NCBI GenBank assembly: GCA_951406725.2
Contig: OX597838.1
Span: 15,438,001-15,502,000 of the forward strand
Source of the DNA: Octopus vulgaris
Lineage: Eukaryota
DNA: 64,000 nucleotides
Direction: 5' to 3'
Numbering within the stretch: position 1 is the stretch's first letter; the number at the start of each line of letters is the position of its first letter. This document shows positions 63,556 to 64,000 of the stretch, piece after piece. The position numbers and the translations under genes were made by a program. The notes under the pieces were generated by a model. That model was not told the origin of the DNA. It ran no database searches and worked only from the letters and a program-made list of their open reading frames with translations.

Positions 63556-63760
63556 TTCAAATATTGGCACAAGGCCAGCAATTCCAAGAGAGGGGATAAG
63601 TCAATTACATTGACCCCCCAGTGTTCAACTGCTACTTATTTTATCAACCCTGAAAGGATGAAAGGCAAAGTTGACTTCGGTGGAATTTGAACTCAGAATG
63701 TGAAGACGAACGAAATGCTGTTAAGCATTTTGCCTAGTATGCTAACAACTCTGCCAGTTT
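63556..63760 (-). mobile_element. SINE A2
   Basis: ggcacaaggccagcaattcc..gaaaggatgaaaggcaaagttgac. Confidence 0.84.
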
Positions 63761-63787
63761 ATGTACTTACCAGTATTGGGATTGCCA

Positions 63788-64000
63788 TGGAGGCGCAATG
63801 GCCCAGTGGTTAGGGCAGCGGACTCGCGGTCGTAGGATCGCAGTTTCGATTCCCAGACCGGGCATTGTGAGTGTTTATTGAGCGAAAACACCTAAAGCTC
63901 CACGAGGCTCCAGCAGGGGATGGTGGTGATCCCTGCTGTACTCTTTCACCACAACTTTCTCTCACTCTTTCTTCCTGTTTCTGTTGTACCTGTATTTCAA
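63788..64000 (+). mobile_element. SINE family D, runs off the window
   Basis: tggaggcgcaatggcccagtggttagggcagcggactcgcggtcg; reverse complement of the 31011 copy. Confidence 0.92.

Noticed and set aside
63788-63862. tRNA-like sequence (also the heads of families A, B and C)
   Set aside because: A/B boxes are present but run straight into SINE bodies found in multiple copies; no complete acceptor stem or terminator.

Overview
AT-rich, repeat-saturated eukaryotic DNA, not a prokaryotic locus. The tRNA-derived SINEs and microsatellite load suggest an octopus (inference from family resemblance). The only host coding sequence I can support is one 104-bp internal exon of a striatin-family gene (+, 48246-48349; ARIAFLQGERKGQENLKQDLVRRIKMLEFALKSE-R). 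The ORF track misses it, and no neighbouring exon is visible, so the window is essentially two very large introns. These contain several SINE families (my labels A, B, B2, C, D, F) and LINE remnants (RTE, CR1-like, R4/Dong-like, possibly Tx1). They also contain a decayed Gypsy RT, piggyBac-, mariner- and hAT-type MITEs, and long microsatellites. The most notable non-obvious structures are a roughly 1.3-kb mirror-symmetric SINE/(AAT)n fold-back, two local inverted repeats of 100-190 bp, inverted SINEs bracketing the exon, and several decayed minimal hammerhead-ribozyme motifs of the Penelope-retroelement type. None of this proves a new system; these are testable RNA-structure candidates. Repeat boundaries were read by eye and are approximate unless a TSD or TIR is quoted.
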